Of a stretch of DNA of 47,094 nt, positions 30,255-39,872 are shown piece by piece. The first letter of the stretch is position 1; each line of letters starts with the position of its first letter. The translations under genes were made by a program, and so were the position numbers. Source of the DNA: Ignavibacteriaceae bacterium (GTDB lineage: Bacteria; Bacteroidota; Ignavibacteria; Ignavibacteriales; Ignavibacteriaceae); NCBI GenBank assembly GCA_037388105.1, contig JARRKK010000057.1:1-47094 (forward strand), written 5' to 3'. The notes below the pieces were generated by a model that was given only the letters and a program-made list of their open reading frames with translations, was not told the origin of the DNA and made no database searches.

Positions 30255-30307
30255 AAAGAATTGCTTTAAATCTATAACTTTTTAAATAACAGGTTACAAA
30301 TTATGAA

Positions 30308-31039
30308 TTATAATTCAATATTCTTTATGGAATGGATGAAAGAGTTCATTTTCTGATGATGGGTTCCTTGCCAGTAAATTTTATTGCAGTTCATACATCT
30401 GAAAAACTTATCCTGCCACGCAGCAACTTTGGGCGGAATCTGATTAATTACAACTTCCTTTTTAATAGGTCGAAGCAATCCATTGCATAACAAACACCGT
30501 GTAAATTCTTTTATCTCTTTAAGAAGATGAAACCTCCTTACAACTTCTTGTGTTTGATTCAATACCTCTTTGTTTCTTATATAATAGCCACGAGTAACTT
30601 TTGTCTGCTTTAGAATGCCTTTGTCTCTTGTTAGTATTGTACGCTTTTCATTTATTGAAATGTCAACAATCTCGTTATCTTCGTAACTGTTATGATACAG
30701 GACATCGAAGCCTAGCATCCGTAATGATCTGGCGAGTTTCCCCAGATGTACATCTAAAATAAATTTTGGTTTACGTAATGGTTTTGGTCTTAGATGTTGG
30801 ACATCTGATATATCAAGTGATTCGAATACCGGATATACTGAAACATTGTCGCCGTCGTTAATAACATAATTAAAATCAACCGATTTTCCGTCAATCTCAG
30901 TGTGCGGAATGCCAAAGGCTTCAATCATATCTTTTACGGAAGCCAGATCAGTATAATAATGCCCAAAGTGTTTTTTCTTTTTGGACTCAGGTAGAAAATC
31001 GTTCAACTCCTCGTAAAACCTAAAATATACTTTATGCAT
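30308..31039 (-). CDS. Mut7-C RNase domain protein with an N-terminal ubiquitin-like (beta-grasp) domain and a C-terminal zinc ribbon
   Basis: The 243-aa ORF begins FRFYEELNDFLP...VKDMIEAFGIPHTEI.., then a PIN-like core (FILDVHLGKLARSLRMLGFDV, ILTRDKG). Two CxxC pairs follow (CLLCNG ... CMNCNKIYWQGTH). Confidence 0.78.
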   Translation of the reverse strand: MHKVYFRFYEELNDFLPESKKKKHFGHYYTDLASVKDMIEAFGIPHTEIDGKSVDFNYVINDGDNVSVYPVFESLDISDVQHLRPKPLRKPKFILDVHLGKLARSLRMLGFDVLYHNSYEDNEIVDISINEKRTILTRDKGILKQTKVTRGYYIRNKEVLNQTQEVVRRFHLLKEIKEFTRCLLCNGLLRPIKKEVVINQIPPKVAAWQDKFFRCMNCNKIYWQGTHHQKMNSFIHSIKNIEL

Positions 31040-31182
31040 CTTTCAAATATTAGTATATATTTTGATAAGTTTTAATATGAGGTAGAATTTTGCTAATAAA
31101 CAACCTAACTTTTAAGTTCATGTGAAATTATCTTCAATTTAATTTTATTAAATAATAGCTTATTTAAAGGAAACATCTCCAA

Positions 31183-32880
31183 ATGAAAAAATTTTATCCA
31201 ATCAGAACTATAGTAATTTTATCCTTTTTGTTTGTTAGCTGTGAAGAAAGAAAACAAGTTGTCCACTGGGATACTTTTGTTGATAATTTTATTGCAGTCT
31301 ATCTTGAGTTAAACCCAACCGAAGCTGTTGATGCTGGATTACACGAATATGACGGAGAGTTCCCAGATTGGTCATCAGATGGGATTCAGACACTTGTTGA
31401 TTGGCTGCACGTTCAAAAAGATAGTTTAGATCTGTATATATTCGACACCCGCGAAAAGAAACAACAATTTGAGAAGCAATATCTGAAAGCTATTATTGAT
31501 AAAAAATTATTTTGGTTAGAGACCGTAAAAACACCATTCACAAATCCAAGTTTTTATTTAGATGCAATCTCTCCAAGTGTTTATCTGACAAGGAAGTATG
31601 CCCCTCCTGATGTTAGGATGAAAGCGTTGATTACATACGAAAACAATCTCCCCGAAGCATTAATGCAAATGAAAGCAAATCTTCAGCTGCCATTACCATT
31701 TACTTTCGCAGAACTGGGAAGAAATGTGTTTAAAGGATATGTTAATTTTTTTAACAATGATCTTCCGTTAGTTTTTTCTTCAGTTGATAATGAAGAACTT
31801 CAGCAGGAACTTGCTATAGCAAATGAATTGGCAATAGAGTCCGTCAAAGAACTGCACGACTGGTTTGAAAGGATCCTGCCTAAAAGTAATGGCACCTATG
31901 CCTTAGGTTCTGAAAGATTTAAAGAGATGCTATGGGTAACAGAAAAAATTGATATTTCTAGCGAAGACTTAAAAATAATTGGTGAAGTTGATCTTGAGAG
32001 AAACCTTGCTGCATTAGAACAGGCCTGTCAAGAGTTTGCTCCGGATAAATCCATAAAAGAGTGTATTGAGAAGGTACATAGCAACAAACCGGAGGGCGGG
32101 GCAGTAGAGGGAGCTGCAAAGCAATTATCATTGTTAAAAGAATTTGTAGTTAAAAATAATGTAGTTAGTATTCCAGTGGAAGAAGAAATATTAGTTGAAG
32201 AAGCTCCTCCCTATAATAGATGGAATTTTGCTTATATAAGTATTCCCGGTGTTTATGAAGACAGGCTCCCATCTGTCTATTACATTGCACCTCCTGACCC
32301 AAGTTGGTCACGCGAAATGCAAAGGGGTTATATTCCAGGCAAAACCGAATTGTTATTTGTATCCGTACATGAAGTATGGCCTGGACATTTTTTACAATCG
32401 TTACATAGAAACAAGTCAAAGTATAAAATAGGCAAAGTGTTTTGGGGCTATGCTTATGGCGAAGGTTGGGCACACTATTCTGAAGAAATGATGTACAATG
32501 AGGGGCTTGGTAATTTTGCCCCGGAATACAAGATTGGACAATTAACATATGCACTGCTAAGGAATATCCGATTTTTATCTTCGATAGGATTACATACAGA
32601 AGGTATGACTGTTGAAGAATCTGAGAGAATGTTTATTAATAAGGGATTTATAAATCCAGGAGAAGCAAAACAGCAAGCCGCACGGGGCACATTCGATCCG
32701 GTTTATTTAAATTATACAATGGGTAAACTTATTATAATGAAATTGCGATCGGACTGGTTAAGCGCTAACCCCGATAAAACATTAAAAGATTTTCATGATG
32801 AATTCCTTTCTTATGGCGGACCACCTATTGTTTTAGTCAGAACAGAAATGATGGGTAGTACCGAAGGGAGTTTGTTTTAG
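31183..32880 (+). CDS. DUF885 family lipoprotein (putative metallopeptidase-like)
   Basis: 565-aa ORF with the lipobox-like signal FLFVSC. The DUF885 hallmark HEVWPGHFLQ and the downstream GEGWAHYSE are present. Confidence 0.82.
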   Translation: MKKFYPIRTIVILSFLFVSCEERKQVVHWDTFVDNFIAVYLELNPTEAVDAGLHEYDGEFPDWSSDGIQTLVDWLHVQKDSLDLYIFDTREKKQQFEKQYLKAIIDKKLFWLETVKTPFTNPSFYLDAISPSVYLTRKYAPPDVRMKALITYENNLPEALMQMKANLQLPLPFTFAELGRNVFKGYVNFFNNDLPLVFSSVDNEELQQELAIANELAIESVKELHDWFERILPKSNGTYALGSERFKEMLWVTEKIDISSEDLKIIGEVDLERNLAALEQACQEFAPDKSIKECIEKVHSNKPEGGAVEGAAKQLSLLKEFVVKNNVVSIPVEEEILVEEAPPYNRWNFAYISIPGVYEDRLPSVYYIAPPDPSWSREMQRGYIPGKTELLFVSVHEVWPGHFLQSLHRNKSKYKIGKVFWGYAYGEGWAHYSEEMMYNEGLGNFAPEYKIGQLTYALLRNIRFLSSIGLHTEGMTVEESERMFINKGFINPGEAKQQAARGTFDPVYLNYTMGKLIIMKLRSDWLSANPDKTLKDFHDEFLSYGGPPIVLVRTEMMGSTEGSLF

Positions 32881-33046
32881 GATTTTGTAAAGGGTTTGTC
32901 GTTTTATACTGCAATAAATGTAAAATAAAATCCCCTAATTTATTAACTCAATGTCTACTTTGGTAAGTGTGTTATCCATTAAAAGTAAATTCGTAACAAA
33001 AATATTTTTAATTAAGTTCGGGACACACTAATAATCAAATTACTGC

Positions 33047-34357
33047 ATGCAGTCAGAATTTCTCCACCAGACTTTACGAGCGTTTAAACATAGAAATTAC
33101 AGGCTTTTTTTCGGCGGACAAAGTTTTTCTCTTATGGGCACTTGGATGCAGCAGATTGCGCTCGGATGGCTCGTATACAGGCTAACCGATTCAGCATTTC
33201 TGCTGGGATTAGTAGGATTTTCATCTCAGGTTCCCACCTTTGCTTTAGCCGCCTTTGCAGGAGTGATGGCTGACAGACACAGTAAGCATAGAATTATAAT
33301 TACCACACAAACCCTTGCGATGCTTCAGGCGTTTATTCTCGCTGTACTCACACTAACCGATACAATTCAGATATGGCATATTCTATTGCTTAGTTTATTC
33401 TCCGGATTGATAAATGCATTCGATATGCCTACCAGACAAAGTTTTGTAATTGAAATGGTTGAAGACAGGAATGATTTACCTAATGCAATTGCTCTCAACT
33501 CATCAATGTTTAATGCCGCAAGATTGATTGGTCCTACTGCAGCTGGATTTTTGATTTTTTCACTTGGTGAAGGGCTATGTTTTTTAATTAATGCTGTAAG
33601 CTACTTAGCTGTTATTACTGCGTTATTATTAATGAAAATTTCGCCGCTGGTTAATAACACAAAAAATGAAAAGGTGTTGGAAGGATTAAAAGAAGGAATT
33701 AATTATGCATATAAATTTAAGCCAATCCGGGTACTTCTTCTTTTGATAGGATTGGTAAGCTTAACGGGAATGCCTTATACGGTATTAATGCCAGTATTTG
33801 CAAGGGATGTTTTACATGGAAACGCTCACACACTCGGTTTTTTATTCGGGGCAGTTGGTGCCGGGGCATTAATAGGGGCACTTTATCTTGCTTCAAGAAA
33901 AACAGTTTTGGGTTTGGGAAGATGGATAGCAAAAGCCGCAACTATATTTTCGCTCGGTCTACTATTCTTTTCCTTTTCAAGAAATCTGTATTTGTCCACA
34001 GCTCTTATGCTTTTTACGGGTTTTGGTATGATGATGCAAATGGCCTCTACAAACACATTACTTCAAACTCTGGTTGATGATGATAAGCGTGGCAGGGTGA
34101 TGAGTCTTTATGTGATGGCATTTATGGGAACTGCGCCATTCGGAAGTATAATGGCGGGCACGTTGGCAAGCATTATCGGGGCACCATTAACAATTTTATC
34201 AAGCGGATTAATTTGTCTAATGGGGGCTCTTGTTTTTGCTAAAAATTTACCGTCTCTCAGAGAGTATATAAGACCGGTTTATATTAAAATGGGAATATTG
34301 CCGGAAGTTTCTACAGGATTACAATCCACAACTCATTTAAAGATGCCGCCAAATTAA
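33047..34357 (+). CDS. MFS transporter (MFS_3 / EntS-like subgroup)
   Basis: The 436-aa ORF has ~12 hydrophobic segments. Its N-terminus FRLFFGGQSFSLMGTWMQQIALGWLVY is typical of this subgroup, and an MADRHSKHR loop follows TM2. Confidence 0.88.
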   Translation: MQSEFLHQTLRAFKHRNYRLFFGGQSFSLMGTWMQQIALGWLVYRLTDSAFLLGLVGFSSQVPTFALAAFAGVMADRHSKHRIIITTQTLAMLQAFILAVLTLTDTIQIWHILLLSLFSGLINAFDMPTRQSFVIEMVEDRNDLPNAIALNSSMFNAARLIGPTAAGFLIFSLGEGLCFLINAVSYLAVITALLLMKISPLVNNTKNEKVLEGLKEGINYAYKFKPIRVLLLLIGLVSLTGMPYTVLMPVFARDVLHGNAHTLGFLFGAVGAGALIGALYLASRKTVLGLGRWIAKAATIFSLGLLFFSFSRNLYLSTALMLFTGFGMMMQMASTNTLLQTLVDDDKRGRVMSLYVMAFMGTAPFGSIMAGTLASIIGAPLTILSSGLICLMGALVFAKNLPSLREYIRPVYIKMGILPEVSTGLQSTTHLKMPPN

Positions 34358-34379
34358 TTCGTCTCTACAAAATTCATCA

Positions 34380-35348
34380 TTATGAAAACACTTTTTTCAC
34401 GAAATTAAACTCTTCATTTGTAAGTGGTTTATCCATTGCAGACAAATTAATTTTAACTTGATTTAAATTTCTAAATCCAGGAATAACCGCACCCATAAAT
34501 GCGTAATGAAGTAAATATTGAAGAGACATTCGGGCAAGGTCTTCAACAGAAGAACCAAACCGTTCCTTTAGCTTTTCAAGCTTAGGCTCAAGTTGTGCAA
34601 GCTTTTCAGGAGAAAATCTATCCAACCCTTTTCGGTGATCACCATCTTCAAACTTTGGGGGAGAGATTTTTTTATATTTATGTAAAAGTAATCCCTGCCC
34701 AAGCGGCCTGAAAGCAATAAAGGATATTTTGTTTTCTTCTACTAATTTTCTGGTTGGTGAATTTTCATGAATAAAATTTTTCTCCATTGCATTTGCAAAG
34801 CTTTGAATCACATCCGGGTTAACTTTGGGAATAAGTTTTTGAAAATCTTTATTTGAATAGGCTGATTGACCAACCAATCTAACTTTTCCTTCATCACGTA
34901 ATTTGTACATTACTTCGATTGCATCATCAAGATATTCATCCTTATCACCAAAGTGCCCGTGATGAAAATAATAAATATCTATATAATCCCTGTTCAGGTT
35001 TATTAATGATTGTTCGCACTGATGCCTTATGTGTGCCGCTTCAAATGCATGAGCCGCAGTGCCAGGATACCACCCTACCTTTGTGGCGATGATAAAGTTA
35101 TTTGTTCTTTTGCCAAGAACTCTTGAGAGCATCCTCTCAGCACGTCCATTACCGTAAACATCAGCGTTATCGAAATGGTTCACGCCATGATCAATCGCAT
35201 AATTAATTGCGTTGGCAACTTCCTCTTCATCAACATTAGCCCAACCATTTGGATCTCCGTTTACCCAATTCAGACCACCCATTGTCCAGCAGCCCAAACT
35301 TATTTCTGAAACCTCTACATCTGATTTTCCAAGTTTTCTATATTTCAT
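34380..35348 (-). CDS. Aldo/keto reductase
   Basis: The 322-aa ORF begins MKYRKLGKSDVEVSEISLGCW. The catalytic tetrad context is visible: DNADVYG, IATKVG, YYFHH. Confidence 0.9.
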   Translation of the reverse strand: MKYRKLGKSDVEVSEISLGCWTMGGLNWVNGDPNGWANVDEEEVANAINYAIDHGVNHFDNADVYGNGRAERMLSRVLGKRTNNFIIATKVGWYPGTAAHAFEAAHIRHQCEQSLINLNRDYIDIYYFHHGHFGDKDEYLDDAIEVMYKLRDEGKVRLVGQSAYSNKDFQKLIPKVNPDVIQSFANAMEKNFIHENSPTRKLVEENKISFIAFRPLGQGLLLHKYKKISPPKFEDGDHRKGLDRFSPEKLAQLEPKLEKLKERFGSSVEDLARMSLQYLLHYAFMGAVIPGFRNLNQVKINLSAMDKPLTNEEFNFVKKVFS

Positions 35349-35428
35349 GTTTTAACTCTAATCTCTTAATAGAAAAAATATTTTGATATTGCTTCATAGC
35401 GTTGCACCCCACAATGGCATAGCGAAAT

Positions 35429-36421
35429 TTATTTCCTATTCTTATCAATCCACCTTGCCATATCTTTAGCAAAATAAGTAAGGAACATATCTGCCCCGGC
35501 ACGCTTAATTGCCGTTAGCGATTCGATCATTACTCTTTCTTCGTCTATCCAGCCATTCTGTCCTGCAGCCTTTATCATAGCATACTCGCCGCTAACCTGA
35601 TAGGCTGCAGTTGGCATATTAAAAGTTTGTTTGACTTCTCTGATCACATCGAGATAAGGACCCGCAGGTTTTACCATAACAATATCAGCACCCTCATCTA
35701 TATCGGCTTCTACTTCTCTCAAAGCTTCTTCTATATTGCCAATGTCCATCTGATGAGATTTTCTATCACCAAAGGCAGGTGTCGATTCTGCGGCGTCTCT
35801 GAATGGACCATAATATCCGGATGAATATTTTGCAGCGTAACTCATAATAGGAATTTTGTTATAACCTTTATAATCAAGTGCCTGCCGAATAGCATAAACT
35901 CTTCCATCCATCATATCCGATGGTGCAACCATATCCGCACCGGCATCCGCATGAGAGAGTGCTTCTTTCGCAAGAAGAGAAATTGTTTCATCATTTAAAA
36001 TCTCCTCCCCCTCTAAAATACCACAATGTCCATGAGAGGTATATTCACACATGCAGACATCTGTTATGATTAGTAGATCAGTTACTTTTTGCTTAATTGC
36101 CCCTATTCCTTTTTGTACGATACCATTTGGGTCGTATGCACCGGAGCCTTGCTCATCCTTTTTTTCAGGGATTCCAAACAGGATAACAGCGGGGATCCCC
36201 AAATCTCTTACTTCTTTGCATTCCTCTACTAAAGAATCGATTGAAAGCTGAAACACTCCCGGCATTGACTTTACCGGATTTTTTATTTTATTTCCCGGCA
36301 TAACAAAAAGAGGATAGATCAAATCATTTTTTGAAACTTCAGTTTCACGAATCATATCACGAATTATAGGACTATATCTTAATCTTCTAAATCGTTTAAA
36401 ATTATAATTATTCTTTTTCAT
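35429..36421 (-). CDS. hemB: Porphobilinogen synthase (delta-aminolevulinate dehydratase), Zn-type
   Basis: The 330-aa ORF has the cysteine-rich Zn site [14 protein letters not shown] and the Schiff-base lysine region [13 protein letters not shown]. Confidence 0.95.
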   Translation of the reverse strand: MKKNNYNFKRFRRLRYSPIIRDMIRETEVSKNDLIYPLFVMPGNKIKNPVKSMPGVFQLSIDSLVEECKEVRDLGIPAVILFGIPEKKDEQGSGAYDPNGIVQKGIGAIKQKVTDLLIITDVCMCEYTSHGHCGILEGEEILNDETISLLAKEALSHADAGADMVAPSDMMDGRVYAIRQALDYKGYNKIPIMSYAAKYSSGYYGPFRDAAESTPAFGDRKSHQMDIGNIEEALREVEADIDEGADIVMVKPAGPYLDVIREVKQTFNMPTAAYQVSGEYAMIKAAGQNGWIDEERVMIESLTAIKRAGADMFLTYFAKDMARWIDKNRK

Positions 36422-36446
36422 TTAAATCTCCACAGCGGTTAATTAT

Positions 36447-37788
36447 TTATTGCAAGTTTTTAATTTTTTCAACCACGTTTTCTGCATTCATCATACAATC
36501 ACCAATTGAAATACCCCCTCGGTAATTTCCACTTAGGAATATTCCTTTGTTATTAATTTCAAAATGGTCAAAATAATTTTCGTGTTCTACATAACCCAGT
36601 GAGTACTGAGGAATTGATTTAGGCCAAAACCGTTTTTTTGTATACACGGTTGAGCCTTTAATTTTCATTATATCTTCAAACTCATTTTTTGCGCTACGAA
36701 TTATATCATCTTCATTTTCGTTTACAAAACCAGGGTATCGTGAACCACCTATAAATAATGTAAATGACTCAGTATCCTTGTTTGTTCTGTTTGGAAATAA
36801 AACAGAACTCCAAATCGCCCCAAGAAAGGATTTATTTTCTTTTGATGGAATAAGAAAACCAAAACCGTCCAAAGGTTGTCCAATATCGACCTTATTGTAA
36901 ACCAAATATAAAACAAGTACGGGAGGGTAGTAAACATTATCCAAATGATTTTTCAATTCGCCATCGAGATGTCTTAATAATTCTGAAGAATTATAAGCCG
37001 GAGTGGTTAAGGTCACAATATCCGTTAGCAGAGTTAAGTTTTGATCTCCAACTTTGTAAGCAACACCAATCTTACCCTCACCAGTTTTTTTGTTTTGCAA
37101 TTGCTACTGGCAAAACTTTCATTCCGTTTTTGAAGGATAACATTTTGGCGCTCTGCCTTGATTGCTCCTTTCGTTTTTTTCTTTTACGAACACTCCTTAT
37201 AGTTCCTAGAATTAATCCGCCATATTGTTCCTCAAGGGCATAGAGTTTTGGGAATGCAGACTTAACACTTAGGTCTTCAGGTTTTCCTGCATATACACCT
37301 GCAACAAAAGGGTTTACTGCATAATCTAAAAATTCCTGGCCAAGTCTCCGTTTAACAAACTCAGCAATACTCTGATAGTAGCCGTCATGTGATTTTCTGA
37401 TAAAAGGCTCGGCCATTAATCTTAACTTAGCCCGAATTGAAAACAGGTTTGATTTGAGAAAAGCTTGTGGAGACATTGGTAAAGCCAGCAACCGGTTCTT
37501 ACGAAGAATATATCTAGTATTCCCTTCCTTGTTTGCATAAACCAACTCGTCTCTTAGATTTAATTCCTCAACGAGCTGAGAAATAATTGGTGTAGTTTCC
37601 AAAGCGCTGTTCGGTCCGCGATCAAAAAGAAAACCTCCTTCAGTTACAGTTTCAATTGAGCCACCAACCCGATTATTCTTTTCTAAAACCGTAACATTAA
37701 AGCCCTCTTTATGAAGCAGATAAGCAGTAGTTAATCCGGAAATTCCCGCACCAATTATTATTACTTTTTTATTATTCATCATATTCAC
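36447..37788 (-). pseudogene. hemY: Protoporphyrinogen oxidase (FAD, HemY type) split by a frameshift in a homopolymer
   Basis: The N-terminal piece is 37078..37788 (KVIIIGAGISGLTTAY FAD motif .. SFKNGMKVLPVAIAKQKNW*). The C-terminal piece is 36447..37100 (..NKKTGEGKIGVAYKV...LSGNYRGGISIGDC). The two frames overlap at a T7 run (plus strand) at 37085-37091. The 1342-nt span equals 447 codons plus 1 nt. Confidence 0.85.
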
Positions 37789-38020
37789 AAATAGTAATTA
37801 TTCGTGTACAAATTTACAGAAATGTAATAAAGAATTTATTATTTAGTCTGGAAGGAACAAATATGGATACTCAAACTCACGGCTCAATATAGAGAAGGTT
37901 GATAACAAAGTAATGCAATTAATCCATCTGATCCAATGAAAATCATCCGGGATTTGTAGCAACTATCAATGTTTTTTGGATATTATGATCGGGCTGTTAC
38001 GAATCGGACAAAAATGAGTA

Positions 38021-38061
38021 CAAAACAAAAAAAGACCCCGACAATAATTGTAGGGGCCTTT
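38021..38061 (-). terminator. Rho-independent terminator downstream of aceA
   Basis: Read on the minus strand, AAAGGCCCC-tacaattattgtc-GGGGTCTTT forms a GC-rich stem with one G-U pair. It runs into TTTTTTTGTTTTG. Confidence 0.7.
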
Positions 38062-38103
38062 AATTCTAATTTTATAGAAATGTATCAAAGATTTTATGAC
38101 CTA

Positions 38104-39543
38104 TTAATTAGCCCCGAATCTCCTTCTGAAGATTTTAGGTAATAATTGTTCATCAGGATCAGGTTCAGGCTCAGGTTCGAGCATTCTATCTATATTATGA
38201 ATCTTAACGTTGGATTCATTTTCGGTTTCATATTCATCTTTCTCTTCCTCTTTTTCTTTCTCTTCCTTATTTTCATTAAACTGCTCTTCCTCAGTTGAAC
38301 CGTCTAGAGCTGTTACAGAAGTATGCCCACTCGATATTGTTTTGGCAACCTCATCAAAATATCCGGCACCAACAAAACTCTGATGTTTAATTGCTCTGAA
38401 TCCCTTTTCTTTCTCAAGAATAAATTCACGTTCTTGCAATTTAGAATATGCTGCCATTCCGGTTTTATTGTAATGAGAAGCAAGATCAAACATTATATAG
38501 TTAAGTGAATGAAAACCTGCCAAGGTAACAAATTGATATTTATAACCCATAGCCGCCAGTTCAGTCTGGAACTTAGCAATAGTTGCATCATCAAGATTAA
38601 GTTTCCAGTTGAAAGAAGGCGAGCAATTATAAGCAAGTAACTTATCGGGGAATTCTTTTTTAATTGCTTCCGCAAATGTTCTTGCTGCTTCAATATCGGG
38701 ATGAGAAGTTTCACACCAAATGAGATCTGCGTATGGTGCATATGCTAATCCTCTGGCAATAGCAGATGGCAGACCGTCTGTAATTTTAAAGAAACCTTCT
38801 TCGGTTCTTTCACCAGTTATAAAGGGGTGATCATATTCGTCAATGTCAGATGTAAGTAATCCAGCTGAGTCTGCATCCGTTCTTGCAATTAATACAGTTG
38901 GAACACCCATAACGTCAGCAGCTAACCTTGCAGAGATCAGTTTCTGTACAGCTTCTTTTGTGGGAACAAGCACCTTGCCGCCCATATGTCCACACTTTTT
39001 TGCAGAAGAAAGCTGATCTTCAAAATGAACACCGGCAGCACCGGCTTCAATCATAGCTTTCATTAATTCAAAGGCATTTAACACACCACCGAAACCAGCT
39101 TCCGCATCAGCCACAATTGGAGCGAACCAATAAACTCCATTTTGCCCAGCAGCATGTAATATTTGATCAGAACGTAGAAGCGCATTGTTAATTCTTTTTA
39201 CCAGAGATGGGACACTGTCAGAAGGATATAAACTTTGATCAGGATAAGTTTGCCCGGAATTATTTGCATCACCTGCAACCTGCCATCCGCTCACATAAAT
39301 AGATTTTAATCCAGCTTGTACTTGCTGTACAGCCTGATTACCTGTTTGAGCACCCAATGCACGTACGATATCTTCGGAATGAATAAGATCCCACAATCTT
39401 TCTGCTCCCATGCGTGCAAGTGTATATTCGATTTCAATTGTACCGCGCAATTTTAAAACATCTTCTGCACTATAAGGACGTCTAATGCTACTCCATCTTG
39501 GATCTGTTTCCCATTGTTTTCTTAATTCATCAGCTTTGTTCAT
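38104..39543 (-). CDS. aceA: Isocitrate lyase with a ~57-aa acidic low-complexity C-terminal extension
   Basis: The 479-aa ORF has the catalytic signature [11 protein letters not shown]. It is collinear with E. coli AceA up to ..[12 protein letters not shown], where the E. coli protein ends. It then continues [22 protein letters not shown]...[25 protein letters not shown]. Confidence 0.93.
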   Translation of the reverse strand: MNKADELRKQWETDPRWSSIRRPYSAEDVLKLRGTIEIEYTLARMGAERLWDLIHSEDIVRALGAQTGNQAVQQVQAGLKSIYVSGWQVAGDANNSGQTYPDQSLYPSDSVPSLVKRINNALLRSDQILHAAGQNGVYWFAPIVADAEAGFGGVLNAFELMKAMIEAGAAGVHFEDQLSSAKKCGHMGGKVLVPTKEAVQKLISARLAADVMGVPTVLIARTDADSAGLLTSDIDEYDHPFITGERTEEGFFKITDGLPSAIARGLAYAPYADLIWCETSHPDIEAARTFAEAIKKEFPDKLLAYNCSPSFNWKLNLDDATIAKFQTELAAMGYKYQFVTLAGFHSLNYIMFDLASHYNKTGMAAYSKLQEREFILEKEKGFRAIKHQSFVGAGYFDEVAKTISSGHTSVTALDGSTEEEQFNENKEEKEKEEEKDEYETENESNVKIHNIDRMLEPEPEPDPDEQLLPKIFRRRFGAN

Positions 39544-39590
39544 ATTACCCTCATCTCCGATTATTTATTTTATTAATAATTATTATCGTT

Positions 39591-39627
39591 TCAAATGACC
39601 TTAAAAATGGATAATCATTTGAATGAT
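39591..39627. repeat. Inverted-repeat cluster in the aceA / ATP-grasp divergent intergenic region
   Basis: TCAAATGA (39591-39598) pairs perfectly with TCATTTGA (39615-39622). The latter overlaps a second palindrome ATCATT-tg-AATGAT (39614-39627). The cluster lies 48-84 nt upstream of the aceA start. Confidence 0.5.
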
Positions 39628-39872
39628 TAATTCCAAAGGTCCAATAATGTGTGATGAGCAGTAAGACAAATATGGTACCATGAAAATCCCTAATAAAATT
39701 GCATAATGTTTGGTTTTTATTGTCGCAGATTGAGAATAAGTTTTAATTGGTTACAGAAATAAAGGCTAAAAAATTAAGCTGATGATATTGATTTGGGGGA
39801 TTGAATAGTTGACTTTTGAATTATGATTCTACATATTGATTGCAATTTCAAGAATAAATACTTTATAGAACT

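Noticed and set aside
38158-38187. Hexanucleotide tandem (CCTGAN-like x4), considered as a stand-alone repeat feature.
   Set aside because: It lies inside the aceA reading frame and encodes the EPEPEPDPD part of the tail. It is reported under the aceA-tail finding instead.
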